A stretch of DNA of 64,000 nucleotides, taken from an uncultured Gammaproteobacteria bacterium (lineage in GTDB: Bacteria; Pseudomonadota; Gammaproteobacteria; UBA9214). The notes under the pieces were generated by a model, which was given only the letters and a program-made list of their open reading frames with translations, was not told the DNA's origin and searched no databases. Positions 63,662 through 64,000 of this stretch are shown here, in pieces; positions within the stretch are counted from its first letter, which is position 1, and each line of letters begins with the position of its first letter. The stretch covers positions 128,001 to 192,000 of the forward strand of contig CAVVHS010000008.1 of NCBI GenBank assembly GCA_963748215.1. Direction: 5' to 3'. A program made the position numbers and the translations under genes.

Positions 63662-64000
63662 GCAGGCAGTCGCCCGTATGCCCGGGCCCGGCACGTGATC
63701 GTTTACCTGTTGCGCCTGATGAAATTCGCACGCCTCGGGATCTTCCCGGTTCTCATCCCGCTATTGTGTCCAGGATGCAGCGATACGCTCAGGCCCCGGC
63801 GCTATCGTGCATATCGCCTGGCGGGCTTGAGAAAGCCGGGTCCCCGGCAGTCCATCGGGTTTCCCGATCTCCCGGTCACTTCGGCAGCAGCGCGTTAACT
63901 TCCTCAAAAATCCCCGGTTGACAGGATGTATGCACAGGTTCCCTTATCCCCGTGCGTATAGACCTTGTCTGCAACCTCGTGGATCTTTTTCCGCGCGGCA

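Overview
GC-rich chromosomal window, most likely from a sulfur-oxidising gammaproteobacterium (DsrC/TusE-like proteins, persulfide dioxygenase, aprM and tauD-like remnants, FNR/NsrR-type sites); the taxonomy is inferred from gene content only. Left to right: end of a MoxR/Bat operon (DUF58, DUF4381, two VWA proteins, TPR protein with 20 x 33-nt repeats, BatD); a minus-strand nucleic-acid repair cluster (divergent RelA/SpoT-like nucleotidyltransferase, Ub-Mut7C RNase, archease, RtcB, PolX-PHP); a sigma54-driven Ig/FN3 lipoprotein; tag, USP, small cytochrome c, YihY, rhodanese; then the most striking locus, an operon behind an FNR-like box encoding a 15-heme cytochrome made of two tandem OTR-like domains, two YeeE/YedE half-transporters, a rhodanese-fold protein whose only Cys lies in a SoxY-like GGC tail, and an MtrA/MtrB porin-cytochrome pair. 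This is followed by an internally deleted class C group II intron and a tetraheme c3-type cytochrome. Further right: Fe-ADH, a two-component pair, RecQ, RpfC/RpfF DSF signalling, an NsrR/NnrS/hemerythrin/UbiT region, a scar region (tRNA-Pro 3' fragment, aprM and RAYT/REP remnants), and a nuoI-putA-coq4-like-ketoacid decarboxylase-sdo run. About ten single-base indels break otherwise intact genes and are probably assembly errors. No CRISPR array, rRNA or intact tRNA was seen.
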